DNA of 56,474 nt, the filler included, from Dugesia japonica (lineage: Eukaryota), in the NCBI GenBank assembly GCA_001938525.1. It is 5 parts of 5 records of this genome, joined end to end, with 100 filler letters (N's around TTAATTAATTAA, not from the genome) between each part and the next. Parts side by side here need not be neighbours in the genome. Positions count along the whole stretch, not along the records: positions 31,602 to 47,538 come from MQRL01604241.1; positions 47,639 to 56,474 come from MQRL01647629.1; 3 more parts are not named here. One strand, written 5' to 3'. Both the position numbers and the translations under genes were made by a program. Of this stretch, positions 38,750 to 50,049 are shown piece after piece (position 1 is the first letter of the stretch; the number at the start of each line of letters is the position of its first letter). Below the pieces are notes generated by a model that saw nothing but the letters and a program-made list of their open reading frames with translations, did no database searches and was not told where the DNA came from.

Positions 38750-39052
38750 TTCTAGGCTATTTTTGATTAGCAACCATTTTGGAGACAAAAATGACCTTGG
38801 CAACACCAATCAGATTTTTTAATTTGTTTTAACTCGTCTCACGTATCTTCTATTTACTGTTATATTTAGTCAAATTAAGCAAAGTTTTGCAATGCGTTAA
38901 TACTCATAAAGAATTTTGGTAGCTAAAAAAATCAAATGTCGAAGATGATAATTCTAGAAAATGAATAGATTAACGAGATGTTTCGATTCAAGTAAATACC
39001 CAATATTTCCTTTGTTAGGGCTTGTGAGCTTTGGTAAACAGTAAAAAGATAA
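38750..39052 (-). mobile_element. Probable heavily deleted Penelope-like reverse transcriptase relic
   Basis: FYCLPK/HKP with a 1-nt frameshift (~39015-39047), cf. the PLE motif FYGLPKIHKP. Followed in order by IIFDI (cf. SFDV) and RYV/DE (~38833-38848, cf. RYVDD). Confidence 0.45.
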
Positions 39053-40810
39053 CAATTAAAATATGTATTTTATGTAAAATGTACTATAACTTGCGACATG
39101 TGACCCGTGGGTCGTCAGTTGATTATCACTGGTTTTAAATTAATGAATATTTTATTACTTTTATGATTTGTAAAATTAGCATAATTATTGTGATTACTAC
39201 CCATCCACAAAATTTAGAAGTAATAATTTCAAAATATTCTAGAATAGATGATAAAATATTATATTTAATGATGAACGTATGAGACTGGTTAATCTTTTGA
39301 GAATAAATAAACTGAATTCGAATTTTCTAAAATTAAAATATTAAACCGAAATAATTAATAGTTTAATTCATAGTATTTATGTTGTTTCTATGAATTCAGA
39401 CTTAGTATGACGTCAGTAAAAGAAAATTGATTAGATTTACTAAAAGAAACTTGTACAAAACAAAATGTACATACTTTCAGTTTTAAGTGACAAATAATAA
39501 TTCACTTAACAATATCAAATTTTTGCTATGTAAAAAATTGGAAAAACACAAGAATGTTTTCGACTAAACCTGCTTGAGGCTTTTTACTAAATTTGATACT
39601 GAAATTTTTTTTTTATTAATACAATTTCTGTTTTAATTTTCTTAAATGTTGTAATAAAATAATGTTAATACATTAAATATCGATTAATTTAATGTAACGA
39701 TTGGCTATAAATTAGAATTAAGTTTTAATGATATCGACTACATATCATCGATTTCATTATTGATCGATAAATGCTAGTCTATATTATTAATATTTGTTGA
39801 TTGTATAATTCATAATTAAATTCGAAAATCAATAAATAATTATAAGTAAATTAAATATAACAGATTGATCTTAGGCTATTTTTATTTTTACGAGAGAAAT
39901 TGCTGGTGTTCACCGATGGACATTATATGGTTTTCACAAAATATTCGTTGAAGGTAAAATTTTGATAATAATTGATTGCTTTCCAGTACTCCTGATATTA
40001 CTGTGTATTAAGTTCCCATAATACTAAATAATTATTAGAAGAAAATTATATATTTCACATTGATCTTAGGATGTTAATTCTTTTACAATAGCACCAATGA
40101 TCACCGATAGACACACAGTATATTTCATTTCGAGACTGTTTCAGTTATGGGTTGAAAGTGTAAAGAGCAATGAGTCAAATATATTTATTTTATTATTTTC
40201 CATTAATCTTAGAAATCATTTAATTAAATATCTAAATTGAGTCTTAATTTTGCAATTTCGATGAAGAATATTAATTATTGTGTTTGACCAAAAATGCAAA
40301 TTAAATCATTGATTTTAATAATGAAAATCAATAATAGTATTTGTAAGAACTAGTTCTTGCCTTAGAAAAGTTTTTAATTAATTAAAGAAAAAATTTTTTT
40401 AAAGCTTTTATTATTTTATAAAATATTTAAATTTATAAATTGTTGTAATTTATTTTAGTTTGTAGAATTTTTTCATTTAAAATTTCTAGAAAATCATAAT
40501 ACAGTTGTTAGATGTGTCTAAGACATTCATAGTTGAATTCAAAAAGAGAATTTGATTGCATTTATTTAAAAAATTTATTAAACAATAAATAAAACTTTAT
40601 TTCCAAATATAAAATATTGCAAAAAAAATTAATTGTATTAATTTATTTAAATATTTAAAAACATTCTTATAAATAAACTTTAAATTATTTTTAATAAAAT
40701 AAACAAAATGCATTTCCATAAAAATTTCATATTTTTTACATTAAATTAAAAAACACTTTTATAATTTTTTTAATAATTTAATTCAAATTGCTTTTAAATT
40801 AATTTAAAAT

Positions 40811-40985
40811 TCAATTTCTGATGAAGACAAAGTCATAAGTTTGAAATACTATCAAAAACTAAAACCAAAAAAATACAAAAAAAATAAATATTTCGATGGA
40901 AACTTTTAATTTAATGAAATCTCAAATACGATCAATGATTAAGTCCAACAATTATTCTCGTAATAATTCTTATAATTGTAAAATT
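40811..40985 (+). repeat. Hammerhead-bearing repeat copy (CTGATGA variant)
   Basis: caattt-CTGATGA-a-GAC-aaa-GTC-ataa-gttt-gaaat ... atctcaaatacgatcaatgattaagtccaacaattattctcgtaataatt. Confidence 0.8.
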
Positions 40986-41257
40986 TACATTAGAATAATA
41001 TTTTGTAAAATATTTCAATAGAAATACCATAAATATTTATAAATATTTAAAAATATATTTAATTATTTATTTTAAATAATTTTAATATATTTGCAGCTAA
41101 AATCATTGTTCGTTAAAAATAAATAAGGAACAAATTAAATAATAAACATTTAGAATAATTAATAATTTTATTTTTTATTATTTAGATAGTCCTTAATACT
41201 TATTTCATTTTTTTTCTTAAATTACTTTTCTTTCAAATTAATTAAGTGTCCATAAAC

Positions 41258-41300
41258 GTCAATTCCTGACGAAGACAAAATCAAACATTTGAAATACTTA
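41258..41300 (+). repeat. 5' fragment of the hammerhead-bearing repeat (CTGACGA variant)
   Basis: gtcaattc-CTGACGA-a-GAC-aaa-aTC-aaac-attt-gaaatac. Confidence 0.7.
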
Positions 41301-41329
41301 TATTATTCATTTTTCGGATTATAAATTTT

Positions 41330-41610
41330 ACTAATGTTTTCATTTCTATTCGGAAATTGGAAAATGTTTGAATCGTTTAAGAAGGAACCATTAGAATAAA
41401 CCTTCATCAAAATNTTTTGTTGTNTTTTAATATCTGCTGTGATTTTCAATGCTCTTCTTTAATGTTCATTAGGCTTTTTAAGAATACTATTTACTGAACT
41501 AAGTGAAATTTGAAACTCCTTTGCAATATATCTTTGCTAACAATTACCATTTTCTATTGCAAATTGAATGACTTTTTTTCTGGTTTTACAAGCTATTGTT
41601 CTTTTTATTG
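41330..41610 (-). mobile_element. Second Tigger/pogo HTH remnant
   Basis: ENGNC*QRYIAKEFQISLSSVNSILKK...FDEGLF*WFLLKRFKHFPIS parallels the peptide at 16918-17277. Confidence 0.6.
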
Positions 41611-41799
41611 TTCATTATTAAAGGTGTAGAAAATATTAAAATTTAAACAAAAACAATATTTTACGGCGTAAAATATTTGTTGAAAATATTACAAATAAAT
41701 ATTTTTTAAAATTTGAGTGAATTTAAAACCAAAATTAATAGAATTTTTATTGATTATTTTGAAAAATTCAATTTAACTTAAAATTCTTATTTAGGTAAG

Positions 41800-42185
41800 T
41801 TTTTACAATTAAAATCATTGCAAAAATAATTGTTGGACTTAACCATTGAAATTTTAATTAAAATAAAAGCTTCGATGAAAATTTCTTTTTTATATTTCTA
41901 GTATTTTGACTTTTTGATTTATTCAATATTTAATATCACAATAGAAAATTTTTTTTTTGAATTAATTAATTTTATTGAATTTTAATTAGTTAATTTTAGT
42001 TTTTTAATTATTATAAATTACATTGATTTAAGATTTATCTTCTTTAATTGGTAATTATTCCCATGAAAAATATAATAATTAAATATTATAATCTATTGTA
42101 AAAATAAATATTGAATAAATCAAAATATTTTAAATAAATAAAAAAATAAATTTTGATCGTAGTTTTTATTTTAATAAAATTTCGG
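41800..42185. repeat. Inverted pair of degenerate copies of the hammerhead-bearing repeat (41800-41930 -, 42105-42185 +)
   Basis: aataattgttggacttaaccattga...aaataaaagcttcgatgaaaattt...gatttattcaatattt vs aaatattgaataaatc...aaattttgatcgtagtttttatttt. Confidence 0.65.
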
Positions 42186-43269
42186 TAAGTTTTATTTGAA
42201 ATTTATAAGATAATTTTTTTATAATTTAAACTTGATTTTAATATTATCTTCAAAATAAGATTCGTTTCAAAGCTACTTATTAATAAATTATTAATTAAAT
42301 ATTTTTATATAAAAGTAATTTAGTCTAAATGGTTTTAGAATTTCTACTACCGTTTATAACGTGAATGATTTACAGGGTAGACAATATGTTTTCTAAAAAT
42401 TACCGAAATACAAAAGAAAAAGGATTTGGGATAATTATTAATTGATCAATTAGTATAAGTGATTTCTAACCTGATGAAAATTAAAAGAAAAATATGATAA
42501 TTTCTAATTAAGACAAGTCATGAGTGTTATCGTATTATTTATTATTATTATTATTGCAATAATTTATTAAGAAATGTCTACTTGATAAATCTAAAAATAG
42601 AAGAAATATCTGTAATTTCTGCAAATAAAAAATAATTTTACGTTTGTTTCAAAGTACATTCTAAAAATTTAAAATACCCTTCTAAAGTTCTAATAAGATA
42701 TTGGGTTAAAACAAATAAGAAATGTTTTTTAATAAAAATATTATTTAAACAAAAATTAGTTTTCTTTGTAAAGTTAATAAATTTTCAGTATGATTTTTTA
42801 TTAAACTTAATTCTTAAATTATAAGAAAGCATTTGAAATTTGAAATTATTATGCTATATTGTAATGTATTTTAAATCTATATTTTTTATATAAAATTAAA
42901 AATGTTTTTAATTAAATAAAATTAAATTAACAAAATAATAATTTAATAAGTGGGAAAACAATAAACAAATCAATCAATGAACAGTAAACAGTTTGATACA
43001 ACAAAATTTATATTTCATCTACGTGTGTCATTTGGTTGAATTTTAATCTTGAATTTAGTTTTAAAAATAAATAAAATTCAACTACACTCTTTCAACACGA
43101 TGATTTTATTCATATTTTTGTATTTACTTACATTTTGTATTATTTATTGTGTGAATCTTTAGTTATTTTCAATCTTTATCATCATAATTTACAACTAGGT
43201 AATTATTTTTCAAAATTATTACTCTGATTCTCTCCATTTTACTTTCACAACACAAACAAAAAAAATACC

Positions 43270-44650
43270 ACAGTTTATTCTAGTCGTGAGCACAGGATGA
43301 ACTAAAGCTATCTTCGATAACGTCTTCTAGANTTATTTCACTAGGAAGTAAGGTGAGATGCTGTCAGTAGATCTTATTTATGCTGAAGATGAAGCCTCAC
43401 TAAAAGGAGTATAATGAGTATGGTTTTCAGATATAAGAGTTACATAACTTTCCTCTAAAGTTTCCTTATGTTGGGGTAAAATACCTGGTATAAAATGATA
43501 ATGAAAGCGACATAAAAAGGCAAAATCAAAGAAGAATATGTCAGAAAATAGAAGGTCAAAGATTAATTAAAGAAAGTAATAATTAAAGGAAAACCAAGAA
43601 TAAAGGATTAAATTATAGACAATGACCAATACAATCATGAAACAGAAAGGAAACAACTTGGGAATGAGGAAACCAAAGAGGCAATAAATGACAAAACAAA
43701 TACCAGCAGACTTAACATACAAAGAAACACAAAGAATAACTGGAGCAAATAACTTATTTAGAAGAATAAGGAAGATTAAATTAATAATTAACTAAAGAAG
43801 AAATAAATGAAAAGAATTATTTATGAAAAAAACACCTAAATTAAATTAAATTCCAGCTTTAAAACGAGAAACGGCAATTCAATTAATAAATTAATTGATA
43901 AGAAAATAAAAGTAAACAATCAATTTATTAAATAAAATAAATCATGTCAATTAAAATGATTTATTATAAAAAAAATCAGTTTTGCAAGAAAATAAAAAAG
44001 GATACAAAACGAAGACTTTCCATTAAGAAAAATGCAACAAATAAGAAAACTATGGTCAAGAAAACGTCAAAGAATTCAATCATTCAAGCTAGAAAATGAT
44101 AGCTCAATCAAGAGGAAAGTTACACGGGTTTTCAAGACAGCCAATTGGATTCCATCAGTAATAGAATCCCAAAACATTGACCAATAAGAAGAAATCGTGT
44201 AGCAAGATGTCAATAATTTAGCCATTTTGAGCTGTAGAACAATTAATTGATAATGCAAATTAAATAATAAGAAAAATGGGGGCACACCTGAAAACCGGTA
44301 TAAATATCGTTGAGTTTTTGCATAAAAAACTACCAAATAAATTCACGTTTGAACTTGAATTATAACCAATGGAAAAAGGTAATTTATTGAAGAATTAATG
44401 TTTCCGATTTAGAATTTTTATTACTGAGAACTTAGACGGGACCCTCTGAAATAATAAAAATATGAATGAAATGTAGGCATGTGCAGTAGCTATAAATATA
44501 CGATGTGAGTGTGTCGAAAATTATAGAAAACTATCAATTGTACTAGTGTGCATATAAACAACAGAAAGTTAATAGACTTTCATGTTGGTGTGTAAGGGTT
44601 ACCAAGGTGATATCATCAAGGTTTGTCCAGATTGATATGACACGCTTATG
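43270..44650 (+). mobile_element. Possible highly decayed non-LTR retrotransposon
   Basis: Strongly A-rich, coding-like strand bias. ENRYKYR*V (~44290-44315) resembles the RT 'YKYLG' motif. No intact domain. Confidence 0.25.
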
Positions 44651-45084
44651 TTTGTTATTGATTAATTTATTTTCAATTAAAAACGTTTGCTGAAATTCGA
44701 TAAATTTTAGTAAGACTTAATAAAAAAAATTTTAATACATAATTCTTCTTTAGTAATGATATTTTTAATAATATAATTTTCTTTGTAAAAGTTGCAGATA
44801 ATGTTAATTATTGTTAAATAGTTGATAAAATTAAATAATGGTTAAAATGATTGATTAATAATTATTTTTCTTAGTATCGATAATGATTAATAATTGTAGT
44901 AATGTTTAATGATGATATTAATTATTATTAATGATGATTATAAATCAATAACTAGAGGGAATATTTATAGTGGAATAATAAAAGTAAAGTCATTTTGAAA
45001 GTAATTAGTAATGANTAATCATCTGTAATAACTATTGATGTTGTTAGAGGCAACTTTAATAATATTAATAATAATATTAGTAAT

Positions 45085-45245
45085 CATTTAAAATAAAAGT
45101 TTCGATTAAAGTTTTGTTTTTCTTTTGGTATTTGATAACAAAATATACATCGAAGCTTTTATTTTAAACAAATTTTGAAAAACGATCAATGATTATGTCT
45201 AACAATTATTCTAGCAATAAATGCAATTGTAAAACAATAATAATA
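45085..45245. repeat. Head-to-head truncated copies of the hammerhead-bearing repeat
   Basis: tttaaaataaaagtttcgat (45087-45106) is inverted against atcgaagcttttattttaaa (45149-45168), followed by the family 3' body and an AAT-rich tail. Confidence 0.7.
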
Positions 45246-45739
45246 GTGTTAATAATGACCACTATCGAAAGTAATAATCGATAATGATAGCGAANAAATG
45301 ATTAATAATGTGAATAATTGACAATAAAGTTCAACGATAAGTGATAGTGATAATAATTAATGGTGATATATAATTAATGGAAATTGGAACAAAGATAATG
45401 ATGCAAGTAAGGTTAACGTATAAGGTACATAATTAGTATGACTAGATGTCAACATTAGTGCGAATCCACGATAATAAAATAATAAGAATAATACTAAAAA
45501 TATTAATGAATTATAAACTAAAAGCTTGATTATTTACCCGATTTTCATCATTAACAATTTACGACAAATCTAGGAAATTGTCTATCGATTGCTAATCTTG
45601 CATTCATTTTAAAATTTATTACCAACAATAATAATAGTTGCAACAAGATGCGAGTGTATAAATGATGCAACAACAATCATCCTGATCACTAGGCTCACAA
45701 AGCTGTCTGTCGAACCAGAGCGAGTATTATTGAATTGTA

Positions 45740-45920
45740 AACCCGAACCAAAAGAATATAAGCATGCACTTAACATACGGGTTACAAGTCACTGGCTCCA
45801 TTCTGAAAATCAAAAATGGGACGCTAAATTAAATTCTTCGTGGGGTTTCACTAGACCATGTCAACCTAAATAACTTAAAATTTGAGCTGTTTAGACAGAA
45901 CCTTAGCACTTATGTTTCAA
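45740..45920 (+). repeat. Diverged dispersed repeat, copy 2 (see 4140-4310)
   Basis: By-eye alignment with 4140-4310. Confidence 0.7.
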
Positions 45921-46384
45921 AAAATAATTCATTTGTGGAACAAAAAATAAACGTCAAAATACATATTTAAGGTACATTCATTGTAACATTCCGCTTTGTG
46001 TACCTAAATATCTTTGACATACTAAATTACATTTCTTAACCTTTTTCTATTATATTTTAATAATATTTATGATTTCGTGCCCGAATTTTATCGGAAAATC
46101 TCAAGTTTTTTAAATATTTCTAATTTTTCGTAAATGTAACATTGTCAATAAATATCTCATATTTTCTTTTTATTATTAAAATATTCACCATTGAAATTAC
46201 TTTATATGTATTTTTCATGATTTCTTTTTATTAAAAATGTCGGGATTGAAAGAGTTAAAAATCTTTATTTAACATATTTTTATATTTTTAAATCTTTTTA
46301 TTATTTTAAAATTAAATAAAGAAAAATAATGATAAATTGTATTTTTATTTAAAGTACTTTTGTAAAATTACTTGTAAAAAAAAC

Positions 46385-47538
46385 TTAAAATATCCTATTT
46401 CCCACTCGTCTAATTCGTAAATGATTAAGTAGTGAAAATAAAATCCTTTTCACAGTTTCACGAAACGTTCCCAGAAAACAACAATAGAGCATGAAATTAA
46501 TCGAGAAATTGATAACTTGCATAATATTCGTAATAATTTCCGCATCACGATATATTTCATCATTTGTTGAAGTTGAATAATTATTTATTTTGTTTTTATT
46601 AATCGGAATCGAATAAATAATATGTTTGATGATTTCTGATGGTGCTACTAAAATCAGAAATGTCACAATGATTGATATTAATGTTATGGTTACTCTCATG
46701 TTATTTGAGGAAAAATGCTGAGGAGTTCTTGATACAGACAAAATCTGAGAATCTCCTCTTTGACTTCGAGTTAAAATTCTGTACAAAGCTGAATTTGTTG
46801 AATTGCTATATGAAGATGAATTCTGAGCTAGTTTTACACGATGCGCTTTGGAAACTGTAATCGTTAAACGAATATTGAAAATAAATAGTAAAACCAAAGG
46901 TATAATATTGCCCAATAATGTCCATGTAATACGAAAGAAATGCTCCATTTCAAATGAAAACGATTTGAATTCGAATTTATAATAATAAAAAAACGAATCG
47001 TAGAATTTGTTTGAACAATTCTTTACGTGTAACTGCATGTTGATTCGGAACACATAAGGAATATTGAATAGAATAGAAATTAGAAATGTAAGAAAAATAC
47101 ATATTCTCGTTTTGGTCAATGTAATAAAATGACAAGCTTTTAGTGGATAACAAACCGCAACAAATCTCTCAGTTGCCAACAATACTGTTAACCAAGTACT
47201 TGAAAAAATAAATATATTGATAAATACATAGGAATATTTCGCGTAATAATAATAAAAATCCACTTGAATAAAAATCTCATGATGTGGCGATAAACCAGTT
47301 GGGAAAACAAAACAACACACCATTAAATCACTTATTGCCAGGGCTTTTAAGCATTGATTTGCACTCTGGACTCGTCTACCGAGAGTGTTTCGTAATCGTT
47401 TCTCTGATAATACAGCAAGATTTAAAATATTTCCAATTATTCCACATAAAGTGATAATCGGAATGAGAATATGATAGCAAATAAATGATAGAGTTGTTGT
47501 TTCAAGAAATATTGTGCACTTTTGACTGTGATTTAATG
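46385..47538 (-). CDS. Class A (rhodopsin-like) neuropeptide GPCR, FMRFamide/myosuppressin/sex-peptide-receptor-like clade. Intronless in view; the N-terminus is lost in the gap
   Basis: The frame stays open upstream of 47323: LNHSQKC...IPIITLCGIIGNILNLAVL (TM1 GN)...LKALAISDL (TM2)...STWLTVLLATERFVAVCYPLKA (TM3)...LFNIPY...IIPLVLLFIFN...FLILVAPS...NFSINFMLYC (TM7), then stop. Confidence 0.95.
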
Positions 47539-47638
47539 NNNNNNNNNNNNNNNNNNNNNNNNNNNNNNNNNNNNNNNNNNNNTTAATTAATTAANNNNNN
47601 NNNNNNNNNNNNNNNNNNNNNNNNNNNNNNNNNNNNNN

Positions 47639-47990
47639 GAAATCTCAAATCCGATCAATGGTTAAGTCCAACAATTATTCTCACAATAATTGTAATTATA
47701 AAATTATTATAGTTTATGATTATTATAATTAAAATAAAATTTTAAATATTGAAAAAGATTTTAAAATTTTAAAAAAATACAATTTAATAACATTTTAAAA
47801 TTTCAATTTAATTTAAATTTGATTAAAATCATCGAAAAAAATTTTAATAAAATACAAACCATTGTGTAAAAATTTTCTAATATCTTTCAGATTTGTCAAA
47901 AAGTTATTCCTAAAGACAATAGTTGCAAATTCAAAAATCTATAAAACAACAATGGAATTTGACCAAAGCTCTTATTTCAATAAAATTTTA
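47639..47990 (+). repeat. Two fragments of the hammerhead-bearing repeat (3' part 47639-47710; degenerate 5' part ~47903-47990)
   Basis: gaaatctcaaatccgatcaatggttaagtccaacaattattctcacaataattgtaatt; gttattcctaaagacaatagttgcaaattcaaaaatctataaaacaacaatggaatttgaccaaagctc. Confidence 0.75.
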
Positions 47991-48285
47991 ATGTCAATTA
48001 AATAAAAATATAAATATTTTATAATTCAATTTTTAAGGTATAAAATTACTTCTAATAGTATCTAAAAATTATTAGTTTAGTATTTTATTTTTATATAAGT
48101 ACAGTCTACAAATATCATTTACTATAAATATTGATCTGAAAATCAATCAAGAAGAATATAATTTTGATACAAAATTTTTTAACGTAAATTGATTTAAATA
48201 TTTTGCTACATTTTAGCAGTTCGTCATCGTTTAAAGATTGGAAATTATTTTGTTATTTTAAATTTTACTTTTGATACGAAAGTTA

Positions 48286-48316
<31 letters not shown>

Positions 48317-48451
48317 CGTTAAGATATAAAAATTTCATAAAACTATTTTTGTAAAAAAATTAAACATAATAACATAATTTTACGGCATTGATGACCTTCA
48401 TTGTTTTATTGTATCATTTAAATTACTAAAGAATTCATGAATTACATGTAA

Positions 48452-48848
48452 ATGTCAAAAAATATGAATGAAAGTAATTCTATATTTTGTGATTTTTGTA
48501 ATAAAAAGCTCGACATTACTCCTCTTCTAACGAATACAGAAGAAATTAACATAGACTACTTACATGAATTGTTAAGAGATTTTAAAATTATCGCTAACCT
48601 CTCACAAATCATTTCAAAAAATGTTAAGCGATTGTTAGAACGAGGTTAATTTTTAATGAAAAAAAGTATTTTAGTAAAAGTCTTTTATTAAAGAAATAAT
48701 GATTAGTCGACACATTTTGTTTCATCAGAAGTATGTCACCAAACAAGAGAATGATTTATCAAAATTTTTACAATCAGAATCCGCAGCTGAGAATGCAAAT
48801 GTTGTAATAACTGAAAAAGTTTTAGTTCCAGTTCATCTTAATCCAACA
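48452..48848 (+). CDS. First two exons (48452-48644, 48694-48848) of a STAR/GSG-family RNA-binding protein (Quaking/GLD-1/HOW-like). KH-core exons not found in the window
   Basis: A 49-nt GT-AG phase-1 intron joins IDYLHELLRDFKIIANLSQIISKNVKRLLER-E-IMISR, which is QUA1-like (cf. DYLMQLMNDKK...LERLLDEEISRVR), to VVITEKVLVPVHLNPT (cf. VQLQEKLYVPVKEYPD). A phase-0 donor follows at 48849. Confidence 0.8.
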
Positions 48849-48852
48849 GTAA

Positions 48853-48934
48853 ATTATTATTATTATCATTATTATTATCACTATTATTATTATCATTATT
48901 ATTATCACTATTATTATTATTATTATTATTATTA
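48853..48934. repeat. (ATT/ATC)n microsatellite
   Basis: Direct reading; it explains the poly-Tyr/His translation. Confidence 0.95.
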
Positions 48935-50049
48935 NNNNNNNNNNNNNNNNNNNNNNNNNNNNNNNNNNNNNNNNNNNNNNNNNNNNNNNNNNNNNNNNNN
49001 NNNNNNNNNNNNNNNTTAATTAATTAATTAACTGTCATTTAAAATTTGATATAATTAGTAAATTTATTATTAAATATTTCATAACGTTATTTGACGAAAA
49101 ATAAAAATTCAATTATTAAAACTAGTTGTGAGTATTGTTGTACCGAAATTAAACTTAAGTGTTAGTTGGCCTATTGTCAACGGTATAAATATTTCAGTTT
49201 CGGTAGACTTATTCTACCGAAGCCGAAATTTAGATTTGTAAATCATTGAAAAGTCTTTGAATTTAAATCTTTTCATACATTAATTTTTGAGCAAAATACA
49301 ATAAGTGCCACTCTACAAGATGTAGACGTTCCGGCGAATATAGTTTAACTTTATGAGTTAATTTTTATTTTGAAACATATAATGACATCTAACAAAAACG
49401 TAAAGAAGAATTATTTTTCTGATAAGCTACCTAGCAAAAAATCTGTTCAACAGAATATTATACAGTTCTTTGAAGGAATAATGGACGATGTTAGGAGAAT
49501 TTGGAAAACTCATCGAATCATTAACATTAGAATTCAATTCCATAAATTTATTAAAATAAAAACTATAACATCGTTACTGATTTAAACAAACAAATTAAAA
49601 TCCATGCTCTAATCGGGAATTATTTTCTAAGAAATTTAAAATTTTTAATTAAAACTTCATTTAAAATACTTTGAAAATTTAAGCAAATAATTATCTGTTT
49701 TCGAAATTTTATTTAAAAAAACTTTCACAAAAATTTTTAAACGAAACATCATTCGCTACTAAAATATTTAATTCTTAATTTTAAAAATTTTTAAACTATA
49801 TAAATATTTTTATATAAAAAATATTTGGCATAATCTTTAACTACACATAATTTTCGTACCAAAACTTAATTTATTTTATTTTGATTTCTTGATTAATTTG
49901 TGACGTCGAATTTATCAAATAAGAGATTTCTTAAAAAATAACTCCCAATCAAAGCACAAAATTTCAACTCGCTTCAAAACCACTCACAGACGACAAATCA
50001 TGTTTCTTCGATTAATATTCATAGTTACATTATTTTCACAATCAAACTT

